Below, one piece after another: positions 36,221-48,779 of a stretch of 64,000 nucleotides of DNA. The notes under the pieces are model-generated. The model was not told where the DNA came from. It was given only the letters and a program-made list of their open reading frames with translations, and made no database searches. Source of the stretch: Mobula hypostoma (lineage: Eukaryota). The DNA is taken from the NCBI RefSeq assembly GCF_963921235.1, contig NC_086097.1, forward strand, positions 47,368,001 through 47,432,000. The letters are read 5' to 3'. Numbering within the stretch: position 1 is the stretch's first letter; the number at the start of each line of letters is the position of its first letter. A program made the position numbers and the translations under genes.

Positions 36221-38559
36221 TACATTTTTTTTTACTTTTTGTAGCTTTGCAAAATACAGAAGTATTAACCTTTTAACAATTGATTTTAATTTTTGAATTT
36301 TATATACTTTTTTAAACTTTCTATATAATTTACACTTTCCATATTTATTGCAAATCTCCCAAGCATTATTCTCAAATGCTATTATTTGTACAGGAGCATC
36401 TTTAGTGAATATTTTGCTTTGTTTCTGTCAAGCAGAGCAATTTTATTCCTCCATCAAGCATCAGGAACGTTAGCACATCAGTTGGGAATTTTCAACACCA
36501 TTATCACCAATATTATGTTCCACTGTACAAATCAATTTCTCCTTTATAAGGAATTTACACAGGAAATAAATGAAATGTAAATCTAATTTAAATATTTCAG
36601 TTGTAACAATTCATCATAATTCAGCTTTGTTATGGTTAGGTTTTAAAACTGTATAATCCATCCTTTAAGTCTTTACAAAATAGACTACTGTTTGTGTTTT
36701 AATAATATGGAAAATTTGTATCAAATCTAATTTTGACTTGTGAGAACTTTGTACCTTGTGGCAAGAAGAACATGGTTGTATATTACAGTGCAATAATAAC
36801 TCGTCCATCATGTCTTTGCCAGCTGTACAGCTGAAGCTATTTGATTTTATCTCTCTATCCTTTCCTTGTATCCATGTATGTTCCTCCTTTCTAAAGCTGT
36901 CTAATTCATGTTATAAAGGCATCAATCACCTAGTTAAGCAGTGTTTATTCTAATAATAATCTGAGGAATAATTTTAGTTTGTTTTAATTTTCAATTGTGA
37001 CACCTTTTCCATTAAATGTTTATTTTTCTATCATGATGAGATAGTCATAGTCATACTTTATTGATCCCGGGGGAAATTGGTTTTCGTTACAGTTGCACCA
37101 TAAGTAATAAATAGTAATAAAACCATAAATAGTTAAATAGTAATATGTAAATTGTGCCAGGAAATAAGTCCAGGACCAGCCTATTGGCTCAGGGTGTCTG
37201 ACCCTCCAAGGGAGGAGTTGTAAAGTTTGATGGCCACAGGCAGGAATGACTTCCTATGGCGCTCTGTGTTGCATCTCAGTGGAATGAGTCTCTGGCTGAA
37301 TGTACTCCTGTGCCCACCCAGTACATTATGTAGTGGATGGGAGACATTGACCAAAATGGCATGCAACTTGGACAGCATCCTCTTTTCAGACACACCATCA
37401 GAGAGTCCAGTTCCATCCCCAGGACATCACTGGCCTTACAAATGAGTTTGTTGATTCTGTTAGTGTCTGCTACCCTCAGCCTGCTGTCCCAGCACACAAC
37501 AGCAAACATGATAGCACTGGCCATCACAGACTTGTAGAACATCCTCAGCATCGTCCGACAGATGTTAAAGGACCTCAGTCTCCTCAGGAAATAGAGACGG
37601 CTCTGACCCTTCTTGTTGTTACGAGAATACACATAAAATTAAGATGTTTGCTGGCCTGGGCTAGCATCAGTGGCATCAGCAGTTGGTCTGCCACCTGCCC
37701 TCAGGGGAAGGAGAGATAAGGAACAATGGAGCAGCGTCTGGAGATGTGTAATGAAGGGATGTGGGAGAGAGAGCTGTCTGGAGCGGCTCCCCCCTTTGAA
37801 CCCTGAACTGTTTGAAGTGATGGACAGGCGATACCCCAGCAGGGGGATAAAAAGGGACAGGTTCGCTAAGACAGACACACACGCCACCCGAGGTAACGAG
37901 ACCCTGGAAGCGGTGCGCCTCTCACGAGTGGTGAGAAGTACCGGACAACGCACCAGGGTGGAAAGGTACGATCAGCGGGAACCCGGTGTGTGTCCGCCCT
38001 TGCCTGGGTGCCGGGTTCACTGCAGAGGATCGACCGCATCTGGAGGAGGGGTCACAGTCGGTGACCTCAGGTGACATCACCAAGGACCCGCCCAAATGCT
38101 GTTTGTGAGCCATCTTGCTGGTCTGTGACTGAAGCCGTTCTGAATGATCAGTTGTTCCTGTTCTCTCTGTCTCTCTTCCCCCACCTTGTCCATCGCCATG
38201 GCAACGATTACTGCGAACTGAACTTTGAGTCATTTTGAAATTGGTCATTTACCCCTAGACAACGATAGAGCTTGATTGATGCTGTTATCTTAATTCTGTG
38301 CACATGTGTGGTTATCATTGTTGAATTGTTGCATTTATTATCCTTTCGATTACTGTGTTGCTTGTTTCTTTAATAAAACTTTCTTAGTTCTAGTACTCCA
38401 GACTCCAACTGAGTGATCCATTTCTGCTGGTTTGGCAACCCAGTTACGGGGTACGTAACATAAGTGGGGTTCTCATCCGCGATTTTGAACGCTAAATTTG
38501 GGACGGAGTAAATTGATTGGGTTAAAATTCCCGAAAGAAAGAAAAGACAAACAGCAGAA

Positions 38560-40851
38560 ATGGAGGTTGAGGAATTTATAAAGGCGCCGACCTTGGAGGC
38601 ATTAGAGGATGCCAGGAAATCGGAATTGATAGCTGTGGCCAAACGGGTGAATCTTGCTAAGGTGAAGTCGACAATGAGGAGAGAGGAGATACACAGAGCT
38701 ATTGTAGAGCACTATGTATCTAAAGGTGTGTTTCCCCAAGGTGAGCTGGGGGTGGTGTCTATTGAAAAACCTGCTGGAGACGCGGTACAGGTACAGCTTG
38801 AAAAACTGAGACTCGAGCACGAGTTCCGGGTACGGCAGTTAGAACACGAAGAGAAGCAGTTAGAAAGGCAGGAGAAAGAGAGAGAGTTAGAAAGGCGGGA
38901 GAAAGAGAGAGAGTTAGAAAGGCGGGAGAAAGAGAGAGAGTTAGAAAGGCGGGAGAAAGAGAGAGAGTTAGAAAGGCGGGAGAGAGAGAAAGAGTTAGAA
39001 AGGCGGGAGAGAGAGAAAGAGGTAGAAAGGCAAGAGAGAGAGAAAGAGGTAGAAAGGCAAGAGAGAGAAAGACAGTTGGAGAGAGAGGAGAAACAGAGGG
39101 AAAGGGAATTTGAGCTGGAGAAGTTAAAGATAAGGGCCGAGCAGGGGCTCGTGCCGAACCAAGGTGGAGGGTTCCGGGCGACCCAGGAGGTTAGGCTGGT
39201 TCCCCCATTTGACGATACCGATGTGGATCGGTACTTTCTCCACTTCGAAAAGGTGGCTATAAGTCAGGAATGGCCGAGGGATAAGTGGGTTGTTTTACTT
39301 CAGAGTGTACTGAAAGGGAAGGCCCAACAAGCTTACTCCGCTTTATCCGCGGAAGATGCCCAGAAGTATGAGGTGGTGAAGGAGGCCATCCTCAGGATTT
39401 ATGAGTTGGTCCCGGAGGCATACCGGCAGAGGTTCCGGAATGCGAGGAAGCGGTGGGACCGCACGTATTTGGAGTTTGCTCGCGAGATGCAAACATATTG
39501 TGAGCGTTGGTGCGCCTCGAAGGGGGTAGAGGGGGATTATGACAGACTGCTGCAGCTGATTCTGTTTGAGCAGTTTAAAGGTTGTGTCCCTGAGGGTATG
39601 AGACCCTACCTCGATGAGAAAGAGGCAGCCACGTTAGCCGCAACTGCTAAGTTAGCGGATGAGTATGCGTTGACGCATAAAATGAAGTTTGCCCCGAGTA
39701 AAGGCTACCAGAAGGGTAGTCAGGACGGAGGGGAGAGTCCGCCGGAAAAGTCAGAAAGTAAGCCGGGGACTAGTGAAAAGGATAAGGTAGACCGGGAGCA
39801 GTCTGGTAGGAAGTCTCCTGGGGTCGTCTGTTATAATTGTGGGAAAGTCGGACACTTTGCGTCCAGGTGCTTTGCCCCAAGGAAGGAGACGGGGAAAGGA
39901 AAAGCGGAAATTTTGAATGGCTGTATCGAGCTGTTAAGCGAACCGCTAGGGAAGGACAGGTCTGAAAAAGTCCAGGAAGGGCGCGAGAGGTTTATCTCGG
40001 CCGGACTGGTGTCAGTGAAGGAGAGGTTAAAACCAGTTCCAGTGCGGATCTGGAGAGACACGGGAGCGTGTCAGTCACTAATACTGAAGAGTGTATTAGA
40101 GTTTAGCTCAGAGACCCAGACTGGGGAGGTAGAGGTCAAAGGTGTTGGGGAAGGGACAGAGTCAGTCCCTTTGCACCAGATACACTTACAGAGCAACCTG
40201 GTCACTGGACTAGTCACGATCGGGGTGAGGTCCGAATTACCGATGAAAGACGTGGAAGTCTTGCTCGGTAATGACATCGCCGGAGGAATCGTGTTCCCAG
40301 TCGTGAGATTGACGGGTCAGCCTGCCAGCATGGAGGCCCCGCCCGCGATGGTGAATTTGGCTGAAACATTTCTGCCAACCTTGTATGAGACAGGGTGTAG
40401 TGAGATAAGAGGTAGTGAGGGAGCTGGGACGGACGTAGCAGTAGCCAGGAAAGAATTTGTGCAGACGCAGGAGCGAGACGAGGGGCTGATGGTTTTTGCC
40501 GAGACCGCTCTCTCTGACACAGCCTTGACAAGCTATTGTGCGGAGGAGGAAGTGCTAAGGAAGAAAGGGAAATCAAGTACAGTACCCGCAGATGAGGAAT
40601 GGGGGGTGGTGCAAAAGAGTTATGGGGATGAGGTTTTTAACATGGCCCACGAGGTACCCCCCGGTGGACATTTTGCGGTGCTGGAGGAAACAGTTGGTGG
40701 AATCATGAAAGAGAGTTACCGGCTGCCCAGGGGGAAAAATGTTATTGATCATGACCGACGCGAACTGAGACGGTCACCGGCTTTTGATATGCTAACAAAC
40801 CTAGTCGGTGTTAGCGTAGGGTGGAAATCAATGAAGCTAGGGGCCCCTTGA
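38560..40851 (+). CDS. Retrotransposon Gag (SCAN-like capsid, CCHC knuckle) plus aspartic protease, running into an integrase relic; 763 aa
   Basis: PEAYRQRFR...LILFEQF capsid region, CYNCGKVGHFASRC, RDTGA protease motif, AHEVPPGGHF integrase relic; no internal stops. Confidence 0.85.
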   Translation: MEVEEFIKAPTLEALEDARKSELIAVAKRVNLAKVKSTMRREEIHRAIVEHYVSKGVFPQGELGVVSIEKPAGDAVQVQLEKLRLEHEFRVRQLEHEEKQLERQEKERELERREKERELERREKERELERREKERELERREREKELERREREKEVERQEREKEVERQERERQLEREEKQREREFELEKLKIRAEQGLVPNQGGGFRATQEVRLVPPFDDTDVDRYFLHFEKVAISQEWPRDKWVVLLQSVLKGKAQQAYSALSAEDAQKYEVVKEAILRIYELVPEAYRQRFRNARKRWDRTYLEFAREMQTYCERWCASKGVEGDYDRLLQLILFEQFKGCVPEGMRPYLDEKEAATLAATAKLADEYALTHKMKFAPSKGYQKGSQDGGESPPEKSESKPGTSEKDKVDREQSGRKSPGVVCYNCGKVGHFASRCFAPRKETGKGKAEILNGCIELLSEPLGKDRSEKVQEGRERFISAGLVSVKERLKPVPVRIWRDTGACQSLILKSVLEFSSETQTGEVEVKGVGEGTESVPLHQIHLQSNLVTGLVTIGVRSELPMKDVEVLLGNDIAGGIVFPVVRLTGQPASMEAPPAMVNLAETFLPTLYETGCSEIRGSEGAGTDVAVARKEFVQTQERDEGLMVFAETALSDTALTSYCAEEEVLRKKGKSSTVPADEEWGVVQKSYGDEVFNMAHEVPPGGHFAVLEETVGGIMKESYRLPRGKNVIDHDRRELRRSPAFDMLTNLVGVSVGWKSMKLGAP
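38857..39090 (+). repeat. 27/30-bp coding tandem repeat (ELERREKER)n in gag
   Basis: About 8 units of gagttagaaaggcgggagaaagagaga and variants. Confidence 0.92.
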
Positions 40852-41534
40852 TAAGAGAAAAAAACCATTTTGAAAAGATTAGGATGGGATCGGTCAGATG
40901 GGAGAAGGCTATTGTTTTGGCCAGGTCTACTGATAAGGTCTCTCCCTTAATCCCCGAAGGAGTAATTAAACGACTCGCACCCATGTGTTTGATTGTCCCG
41001 AGGAAATGCAAAGAACTGGGACGTTGGGTGATTGTGGTTACAATAGGGCAGCCAAGCAAACAACACCCATATTTTTCGAGTAATTCAGTGACTAAAGGGC
41101 TGATGAACACAGAGGTGTGTATTGGCAATTTAATACGGCTGTCTGAAGCCAGCTTGATAGTGAACCTTGAAAAAAATGAATTCGGCCACACGAAGGTCAC
41201 TTACCTGGGAATTGTGGTGACACAGGGGCAGCTGGCAGTGATGCAAGCTACAGTGCAGGCTATCGCTGACCTCCCAACCCCGACAGACAAGAGGGCCCTC
41301 AGAAGGCTTTTGGAGATGGTGGGGTACTGCAGGAAGTTTTGCAATAACTCTGCGGTCAATACCCGTCCCCCTCCTACTAAGCCCTTGCGAGAGAAAACTA
41401 AGTCGGAATGGGACGACCCTTGTTGTTGTGGTCCGGGACAAAACCAGATGAGAGGTTACATTGGTCGCAATTCATCAGTGTTTTTGGCCACTATGAAGTT
41501 TGCTGAGTTGGAGCCGGGTCTAAGGGATTATTAA
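40821..41534 (+). pseudogene. Deleted RT relic of element C
   Basis: Retains VNLEKNEFGHTKVTYLG...RRLLEMVGYCRKFC but lacks the YxDD motif and RNase H. Confidence 0.75.
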
Positions 41535-43099
41535 TAACACGTGTAAAAGGAACAGAAAATGTGATGACTGTCTGTCAAGGTGTTGACAGCTTCAAATTCT
41601 CTGTATTAGCTAAATAACTGTTAAAGATGTATATTGTGTATGTATCAGATAATGTAGTCATATTTGTAATTTTTACCTCCCGGTAAAAATCCTTAAAGGG
41701 GGGAAGTGTTACGAGAATACACATAAAATTAAGATGTTTGCTGGCCTGGGCTAGCATCAGTGGCATCAGCAGTTGGTCTGCCACCTGCCCTCAGGGGAAG
41801 GAGAGATAAGGAACAATGGAGCAGCGTCTGGAGATGTGTAATGAAGGGATGTGGGAGAGAGAGCTGTCTGGAGCGGCTCCCCCCTTTGAACCCTGAACTG
41901 TTTGAAGTGATGGACAGGCGATACCCCAGCAGGGGGATAAAAAGGGACAGGTTCGCTAAGACAGACACACACGCCACCCGAGGTAACGAGACCCTGGAAG
42001 CGGTGCGCCTCTCACGAGTGGTGAGAAGTACCGGACAACGCACCAGGGTGGAAAGGTACGATCAGCGGGAACCCGGTGTGTGTCCGCCCTTGCCTGGGTG
42101 CCGGGTTCACTGCAGAGGATCGACCGCATCTGGAGGAGGGGTCACAGTCGGTGACCTCAGGTGACATCACCAAGGACCCGCCCAAATGCTGTTTGTGAGC
42201 CATCTCGCTGGTCTGTGAGCCATCTTGCTGGTCTGTGAGTGAAGCCGTTCTGAATGATCAGTTGTTCCTGTTCTCTCTGTCTCTCTTCCCCCACCTTGTC
42301 CATCGCCATGGCAACGATTACTGCGAACTGAACTTTGAGTCATTTTGAAATTGGTCATTTACCCCTAGACAACGATAGAGCTTGATTGATGCTGTTATCT
42401 TAATTCTGTGCACATGTGTGGTTATCATTGTTGAATTGTTGCATTTATTATCCTTTCGATTACTGTGTTGCTTGTTTCTTTAATAAAACTTTCTTAGTTC
42501 TAGTACTCCAGACTCCAACTGAGTGATCCATTTCTGCTGGTTTGGCAACCCAGTTACGGGGTACGTAACATTGTAGACAGCCTCAGTGTTCTTTGACCAG
42601 TCCAGTTTTTGTCAATTTGTATCCCCAGGTATTTATAATCCTCCACCATGTCCACACTGACCACCTGGATGGAAACAGGGGTCACTGGTGCCTTAGCTCT
42701 CCTCAGGTCTACTACCAGCTCCTTAGTCTTTTTCACATAAAGCTGCAGATAATTCTGTTCACACCATGTGACAAAGTTTCCTACCGTAGCCCTGTACTCA
42801 GCCTCATCTCCCTTGCCAATGCAATTTGAAAACATTACTTTTCCAAAAAGGAAGTAAGTAATTCTGTTAAAAGTTAGCCAAGCCACATCAATCTGGATCC
42901 CAGTTTGGGAATCTCCAATTTGAAACAAGGCATCTGAAATGTTGAAGAATTTGCAAACAATTTCTACAAGCTCTATAATTTTTAAAACGATAATATTTTT
43001 ACGAGATGCATTGTTACTTTTGAATCTGGTTAAATTTGGGAGTAAAGTTTCACTAATAGCTGTTTTGTTAGTACACTACTTTGAGAAGTTGCGGTACAG

Positions 43100-43385
43100 C
43101 TCTGAGGGACAGCCTCAGAACAGAAGGACATTTCTTTAAACAGAAGTAAGGAGGTATTTCTTTAGCTAGAGGATGGTGAATTTGTAGAATTCATTGCCAC
43201 AGACAGCTGTGGAAGTCAAATCATTGGGTATATTTAAAACAGTTTGGTAGTTTCTTGATTATTAAGAGTGTCAAAGGTTACAGGGAGAAAGCAGGAGAAT
43301 GGGGTTGAGAGGGATAATAAAACAGCCATGATGGAGCAGACTTGATGGGCTGAATGGTCTGCTTCTGCTTCTATGTCTTATGGCC
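43100..43385 (+). mobile_element. CR1-like LINE 3' fragment
   Basis: ggacagcctcagaa...tttctttagctagagg...gggctgaatggtctgcttctgcttctatgtcttatgg. Confidence 0.7.
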
Positions 43386-43703
43386 TTTCTGGCCTTAAAC
43401 TCAACTTTGTATGCTCCCAGACAATATGATTTTAATTGATTTTCTTTTTGGGAAATGGTATTTTGTTTTTCCTAGCTCGGAAATTTCATTGTTGTAATAC
43501 CTGAGAGAGTTCCAGAGTTAATTGAATGTTTATTTGTTTCCATATTTTATGCATGTGTTTAGAAATTAGTTAGCAAGGGCTAAATGATGAGCAGAATCGA
43601 GTTATGTTTCTCGATCCTATTGGATCACCTTGAGTCATTGGGCAGTAAGTTTAATAATTTAAAACTTGATTTCTTACACAATTTTCCATATTACTTTTTC
43701 TAG

Positions 43704-43794
43704 GGAGGAAAAACACTTTAACTGCTGAAGAGATGGCTGAATTTTACAAGGAGTTTCTTAATAGAAATTATGAAAAACATGTGAACTACAATAA
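43704..43794 (+). CDS. COA8: COA8 exon 4 (91 nt)
   Basis: tttttcTAG acceptor; [31 protein letters not shown]; donor AA|GTAAGT, phase 2. Confidence 0.95.
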
Positions 43795-44418
43795 GTAAGT
43801 AAATCAATTTATCACTTCTGAGTTAGAGCAAACAATATATAAGCAATTTAAAAAGAGGACTGAAAATAAATTAACAACAACTGTATTAAGGCACAAGTTC
43901 TTTCATGCCATAATGAATAAGTTCACTGTAATTCTTCAGTCATTATAATTGTATGTTTCCAAACAATTAAGTAAAAGATAACCTATAATTTCTCTTCTTC
44001 GCTACTTATCTGCTATTGAGATCTCTCTTTAATTCTGCTAGTCATAAGGAAGTTGCTTGAATGGAACACCAGTGACATGTAAACGCCCTTGGCCTTTTCA
44101 AGGGTGTTTACCTAAAGAAAAGGTGAGGCTGAGGCCTCACCTAAAGAAAATTCTTTTGAGGTGAACAATAGGGATTTGAAAACAAATGGTGATTTTAAAA
44201 TGTGCACTTGAAATTAGAAATTGTATTTAGAATTGTTCACTTTAATATCCTTACAAATAATATTTTTAAACTAGAAAGCAGAGAAAAATACTCAAAAACA
44301 ATATGATAAATTGTTTTGCTCTAATGTATGAAGCCAGAATTAAGTATCTTTTAACTTTGAAATATGTTGAATGCTGTTCGATATTAAAGAACCTTTCCCC
44401 CCATCTTCCTTCAATAAG

Positions 44419-44521
44419 GGAATGGTACAGACGTAATTTTACTATCACGTGGTTAATGGGTCGAGCTGTATTGCAAAATGCTTGGAGAAGACTGAGACGG
44501 AGGAAGGAAATCAGACAATGA
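44419..44521 (+). CDS. COA8: COA8 exon 5, coding part to stop
   Basis: Pyrimidine tract plus AAG acceptor; EWYRRNFTITWLMGRAVLQNAWRRLRRRKEIRQ*. The five exons sum to 615 nt (204 aa plus stop) in one frame. Confidence 0.93.
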
Positions 44522-44649
44522 AGATCCTGTACTGGAAGTAAACATTTTAGTGCTTGAATTTAATTGTTCTGTGAAAGTACTTGGGTGTTGGTGATACTCT
44601 AAATGTTTCTCAGTGAAGGATTCTTAAAATACGATGGTGATCAAAGTAT

Positions 44650-44655
44650 AATAAA
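44650..44655 (+). promoter_or_regulatory. Candidate COA8 polyadenylation signal AATAAA
   Basis: First AATAAA about 130 nt after the stop, followed by T/GT-rich sequence. Confidence 0.55.
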
Positions 44656-45232
44656 ACTTGTTATATATTGTTTACATTGCATTCTATTTGTGTTTTTCTT
44701 GTATTTTACCAGAGTACAATAATTGATTGCATTGTTCAGAAACTGAAGACCTTCAGACTAATTAAACAATCAGTAATGAAACAATAACTGAACAATAGCT
44801 AAAAATCACTAATGAAAAATAGAACAAATCTGTTATTTGCCACAATATACAACCATAATCCATTGCTGTGATCTTTGAAAATTAAATTTCCTTAGTGAGG
44901 TCAAGGAAGAAAAGAACATTCACCAAATTCATTGCAATATTACATTCATTTAGTTCTTCTCACATCCTGTACATGTCCCAGAACATGCAGAAGCATGCAG
45001 GATAATGATTGCTTGTAAAGTGTCTGGTAAGCAAACTGTTAGATCCCATACCAAGAAGATATGACCAATTGATTTGTATTTTATTGTTGTTTGAAGTATA
45101 AATGTGAACCTGAATAACATGAGATCGTCTATACTTCAATAAGTAGTAAGGAATTTTAAAGATCAAATAATAATTAGTTGCAACATATATATTTGAATTA
45201 CTTAGCTGTTATTATTCACCTTTCTAGTAAAA

Positions 45233-45975
45233 AACCAAAGGTTCAATTTAATGTCAGAGAAATGTATACAGTATACATCCTGAAATTCTTTTTCTTTGCA
45301 ACCATCCACGAAAACAGAGGAGTGCTCCAAAAAATGAATGACAGTTAAATGTTAGAACCGCAAAGTTCCCCCCAGCTCCCTCCCGCATGTAAGCGGCAGC
45401 AAGCAACAACCCCCCTCCCTCCACCGGCAAAAAAAAGCATCGACACCTGCCACTGAGGACTCAGTGTGAGCAAAGCAATAGCAAAGACACAGACTTGCAG
45501 TTACCCCAAAGACTTAACGTTTCACCCGGTATTTGACATATCACAGGTACTCTCTCCCCCTAATAAGGGAGAAAGAGGTATCTCGGTTTTCACAGCGAGA
45601 GGGAAGACATAACATCAACTGAGTTGTTTGTTAAAAGGCCGCTATGTCGCTTTTTTTTTTCAAGTTCTGTGCCCAAAGGTCTTGGGTCTCTGGGGACACA
45701 GCTGCAAATATTTCGACTGCCCTGACAACACATAGGTCTCCTGCCGTGACTTTGACCCTTGATCCACCCATCTCCAGAGCCCCGAGATCCTAGGCTTCCA
45801 AATCGAGCCAGATTCTTAAGCCGAGCCCATGGCATGCCAAACACAAATGGCCAGTTATGAAACCCCGAGAGTGGGTCCCATTCCCGCAAAGAACCAAAGT
45901 CAGGGTGTAGGTCCAGGTCAGGGTCTTCAAAAGAACCCTGAAAGGGAAAAATAAAGATATTAAAGATCAGAACTA
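45233..45975 (-). mobile_element. Non-coding short retroelement-like insertion
   Basis: GC-richer block in AT-rich DNA with a tail-like end (aaccaaaggttcaatttaatgtc); no credible ORF. Confidence 0.5.
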
Positions 45976-48779
45976 ACATCAATATAAAAAAAAGTTAATG
46001 CTTAATATTACTAGTGTAGTGTTAATTTATCAATGTTTAAAACTTGACCTAAATACCAATCATGTAACTTAATTGTTAAATCCAAAATGCATACTTAGCA
46101 CCTAAATTACCCAAAAGAATACTATCTAATCTTTAAAAGTTAAAACCTAATGAAAATTGTTGATGCATTTGTTTGAGATATTGAACTGCACTGGTGATTA
46201 AATATTTAAAGGTTAACTGGATGCATCTACTAGCGATTTAAGATGTACTTACTGTACTTTATGCAGTTTCTGTTGTACAAATTAGGACTGAACAGTTTGT
46301 TTCTTAACCTGGCTTGCCAGATAGAACACTTTGCCGCCAATAACGGAGTATGTCAGTAGGGGGCAACAGATTCTACCAGATGACCTGAAAAAGTCATTGC
46401 ATACATTCAAGATGTGTATTTAGTATTAAGGGTGTCCTATGTAGCAGAATCCTGCATTTAAAAATACAGTTTTATATCAGTTAAACATTTTTTCTTGGTT
46501 TGTTTACAGTAAGAATAAAATTAAGTCAAATGATTTTATCAAACTGAAAAAAATCTTAAGTGACCTCTATGTTATTTTCACAAACATGAAGAATAGTTAT
46601 GTAACATTTAAATTGATTTATCACTTGACTAGACATTATTCCTCTTGAGCCATCTTAGCCAAATATAAAATGACAAGGAAGGCCAAGTATGATTATAGAT
46701 GTGGATATGAAGTATTTATTATATATATTTCATGAAACTGCATGTCTCCAAGTTATTCTTTAAGAAGCATTGTATTTCTAAAGTTGCATTATTAAATATA
46801 GAATAATATAAAATACTATTCACAACAAATCTGCATTATTTAGAAGTACAAAAGGAAAAGTGCTCCCGCCATGGATTGCAGTAAAGAAAGGATTGGTATT
46901 GGTTTATTATTGTACCATGATACAGTGAAAAGTTTGCCTTGTATTGCTTATACAGATCAAATCATTACACAGTGCATTGAGCTAGAATAAGGTAGAACAA
47001 TAAGAATGCAGAATAAAGTGTAAAACCTACTGGAAAAATACTGTTCAGGTAAACAAAATATAAGATCATAAGGAGGTAGATTGTGATGTCAAGAGTCCAT
47101 CTTATGATACAAGAGATCCATTTAAGTGTCTGATAACAGTGGGATAAAGGCTGTCCTGCAGTAGTATGGAAAATTATCATATGGGAAGTGGTCGAAATGA
47201 TAAAAGAGAAGACCTGGAAGTCCAAAGGGAACACTATCTTTGAAATGCTGAAAGGGGAAATCAGACAAAGGTCTGTCTGATGATGTGATCTTGTTGAAGG
47301 TGGTAGGTGGAAAGTGAGGACCAGAGAATTGTATTCCTCCTCTGTTTAGGAGGAAGGCGGATGAGAACAAGAAATAAATGCTCAAAGGTGGTGTTAAGAA
47401 TGATGGAAGGAAGCCACAGTTCAGGAAGAAGAAAGAAATCTTAGAGGCACTCATGTGGAAAGACTTATCAATGGTGATTGAATACTGGGAAAATGGAATA
47501 GAGTTTTTACTGGAGGCTAGGTGGAATGGACAGGAATACGGATAGCTGTGGGAGTACGTAGGTTTGTAATCACGAGCCTAACTCTTGAGATGGAGACAGA
47601 GAGATCTACAAAGGGAAGAGTAAAAGATGAACTATGTGAAAATAAAAGCAGGATAGAAAATTTCAAGTTCTGATTGAGTGTGAGAAGCAGCATCAATATG
47701 GTCATTAACATAACAGAAAAAGAGTTCAGGAAATGGAGCTGAGTGGAATTGAAGCATGAACTAATCCATGTAAAAAAACATTTGGAATAATGTCCAAAGT
47801 CTTGTTAAGGTCAATGTAGACTACATCCAATGCACAGGCCTCATTGACCTATCTCAATTCAATCAAATAATGTCATGACCTTCCCAAAATAAATTTCTGC
47901 TGATTGTTCCAGAAATTCATTGTGCCTTGCTTAATAAATCTTTCAGAAGCAATTCTACTTATCTCTTTTATAGGAAGGATACGCAGGCATTGAAGTGGGT
48001 CCAGAAAAGATTGAGAGCCTAGATTAGAAAGGATGGGATTGTTTTCTTTAGATAACACTAGGGGTTTGTCCTTTGTGCAGACCTTTACTGGAGGTGTATT
48101 ACATAATGAGGAGTGTGGATAAAGCGAATAGTGGGGGGCTCTTACCTTTAATTATGATGTCAAGGATCAGATGCTATAACTAAAAAATGAAGGGGAAAAT
48201 AATTGAGAGTTCATGAGGAAAATCTTTTTTATGTGGCATGAGGTTGAAATCAAGAATGCCCTAGCTGAGGGTATGGCAGAGGAGACACTTCCCATAATGG
48301 CCTTCAAGAGGGAATTCGATAAATATATGGGAAGAAAATGTCTTAGGCTACAGAGAAAGAGTAGGGACATAATTAGAGAGTGGCTCTTCGAGTTATGAAG
48401 CCATTCATGATTCTATGATATCCGTAAGCATCCATGTATGGCATCTAAGTCAGTGATACAATGTCAGCACGTCTCTGGCATCTCTGCTGTTGCCAAAGTG
48501 GATTGAAAAGTTTTAAGGTTGAGGATGCGATTAAGTGTGAAAACCGCCTAGCCCATTGCTTCAAATCGTTATCTCCATTCTTTCACATAGAATACAACAG
48601 TAGTCAATTGATTTGAAAGTACAGTGACTGGCAAGCTGGAATCTGGACGAACTCAATAGGTCGAGCAGTGTCTTGCGGGGTGGGGTGGGGTGGGGGGATG
48701 GCGAAGAGAGAATGGATTGCTGACGTTTGGGGTTGAAGCTTCGCATCGGGACGCCATTGTTCATTTGAAACTATGATGT

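Larger units (their letters stand above)
37617..42570 (+). mobile_element. Young non-autonomous Gmr1-like Gypsy LTR retrotransposon C; LTRs 37617-38460 and 41707-42570; TSD TTGT
   Basis: TGTTACG...CGTAACA termini, TTGT at 37613-37616 and 42571-42574, PBS-like 38465-38483, PPT aaaggggggaag 41695-41706, nearly identical LTRs. Confidence 0.96.
37041..42817 (-). mobile_element. Rex/Babar-like LINE 3' fragment split by LTR element C (parts 37041-37616 and 42575-42817)
   Basis: The RT C-terminus continues across the insertion (KTKELVVDLRR...YKYLG...KKGQSRLYFLRRLRSF); (catagt)n tail. Confidence 0.85.

Noticed and set aside
37639-38248. Duplicated ORFs in both LTRs of element C
   Set aside because: They are duplicated only because the LTRs are; no protein motifs.
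40821-40870. Programmed -1 frameshift between Gag-PR and the RT relic
   Set aside because: The A-run slippery candidate lies after the ORF1 stop and no heptamer precedes it; a simple indel is more likely.
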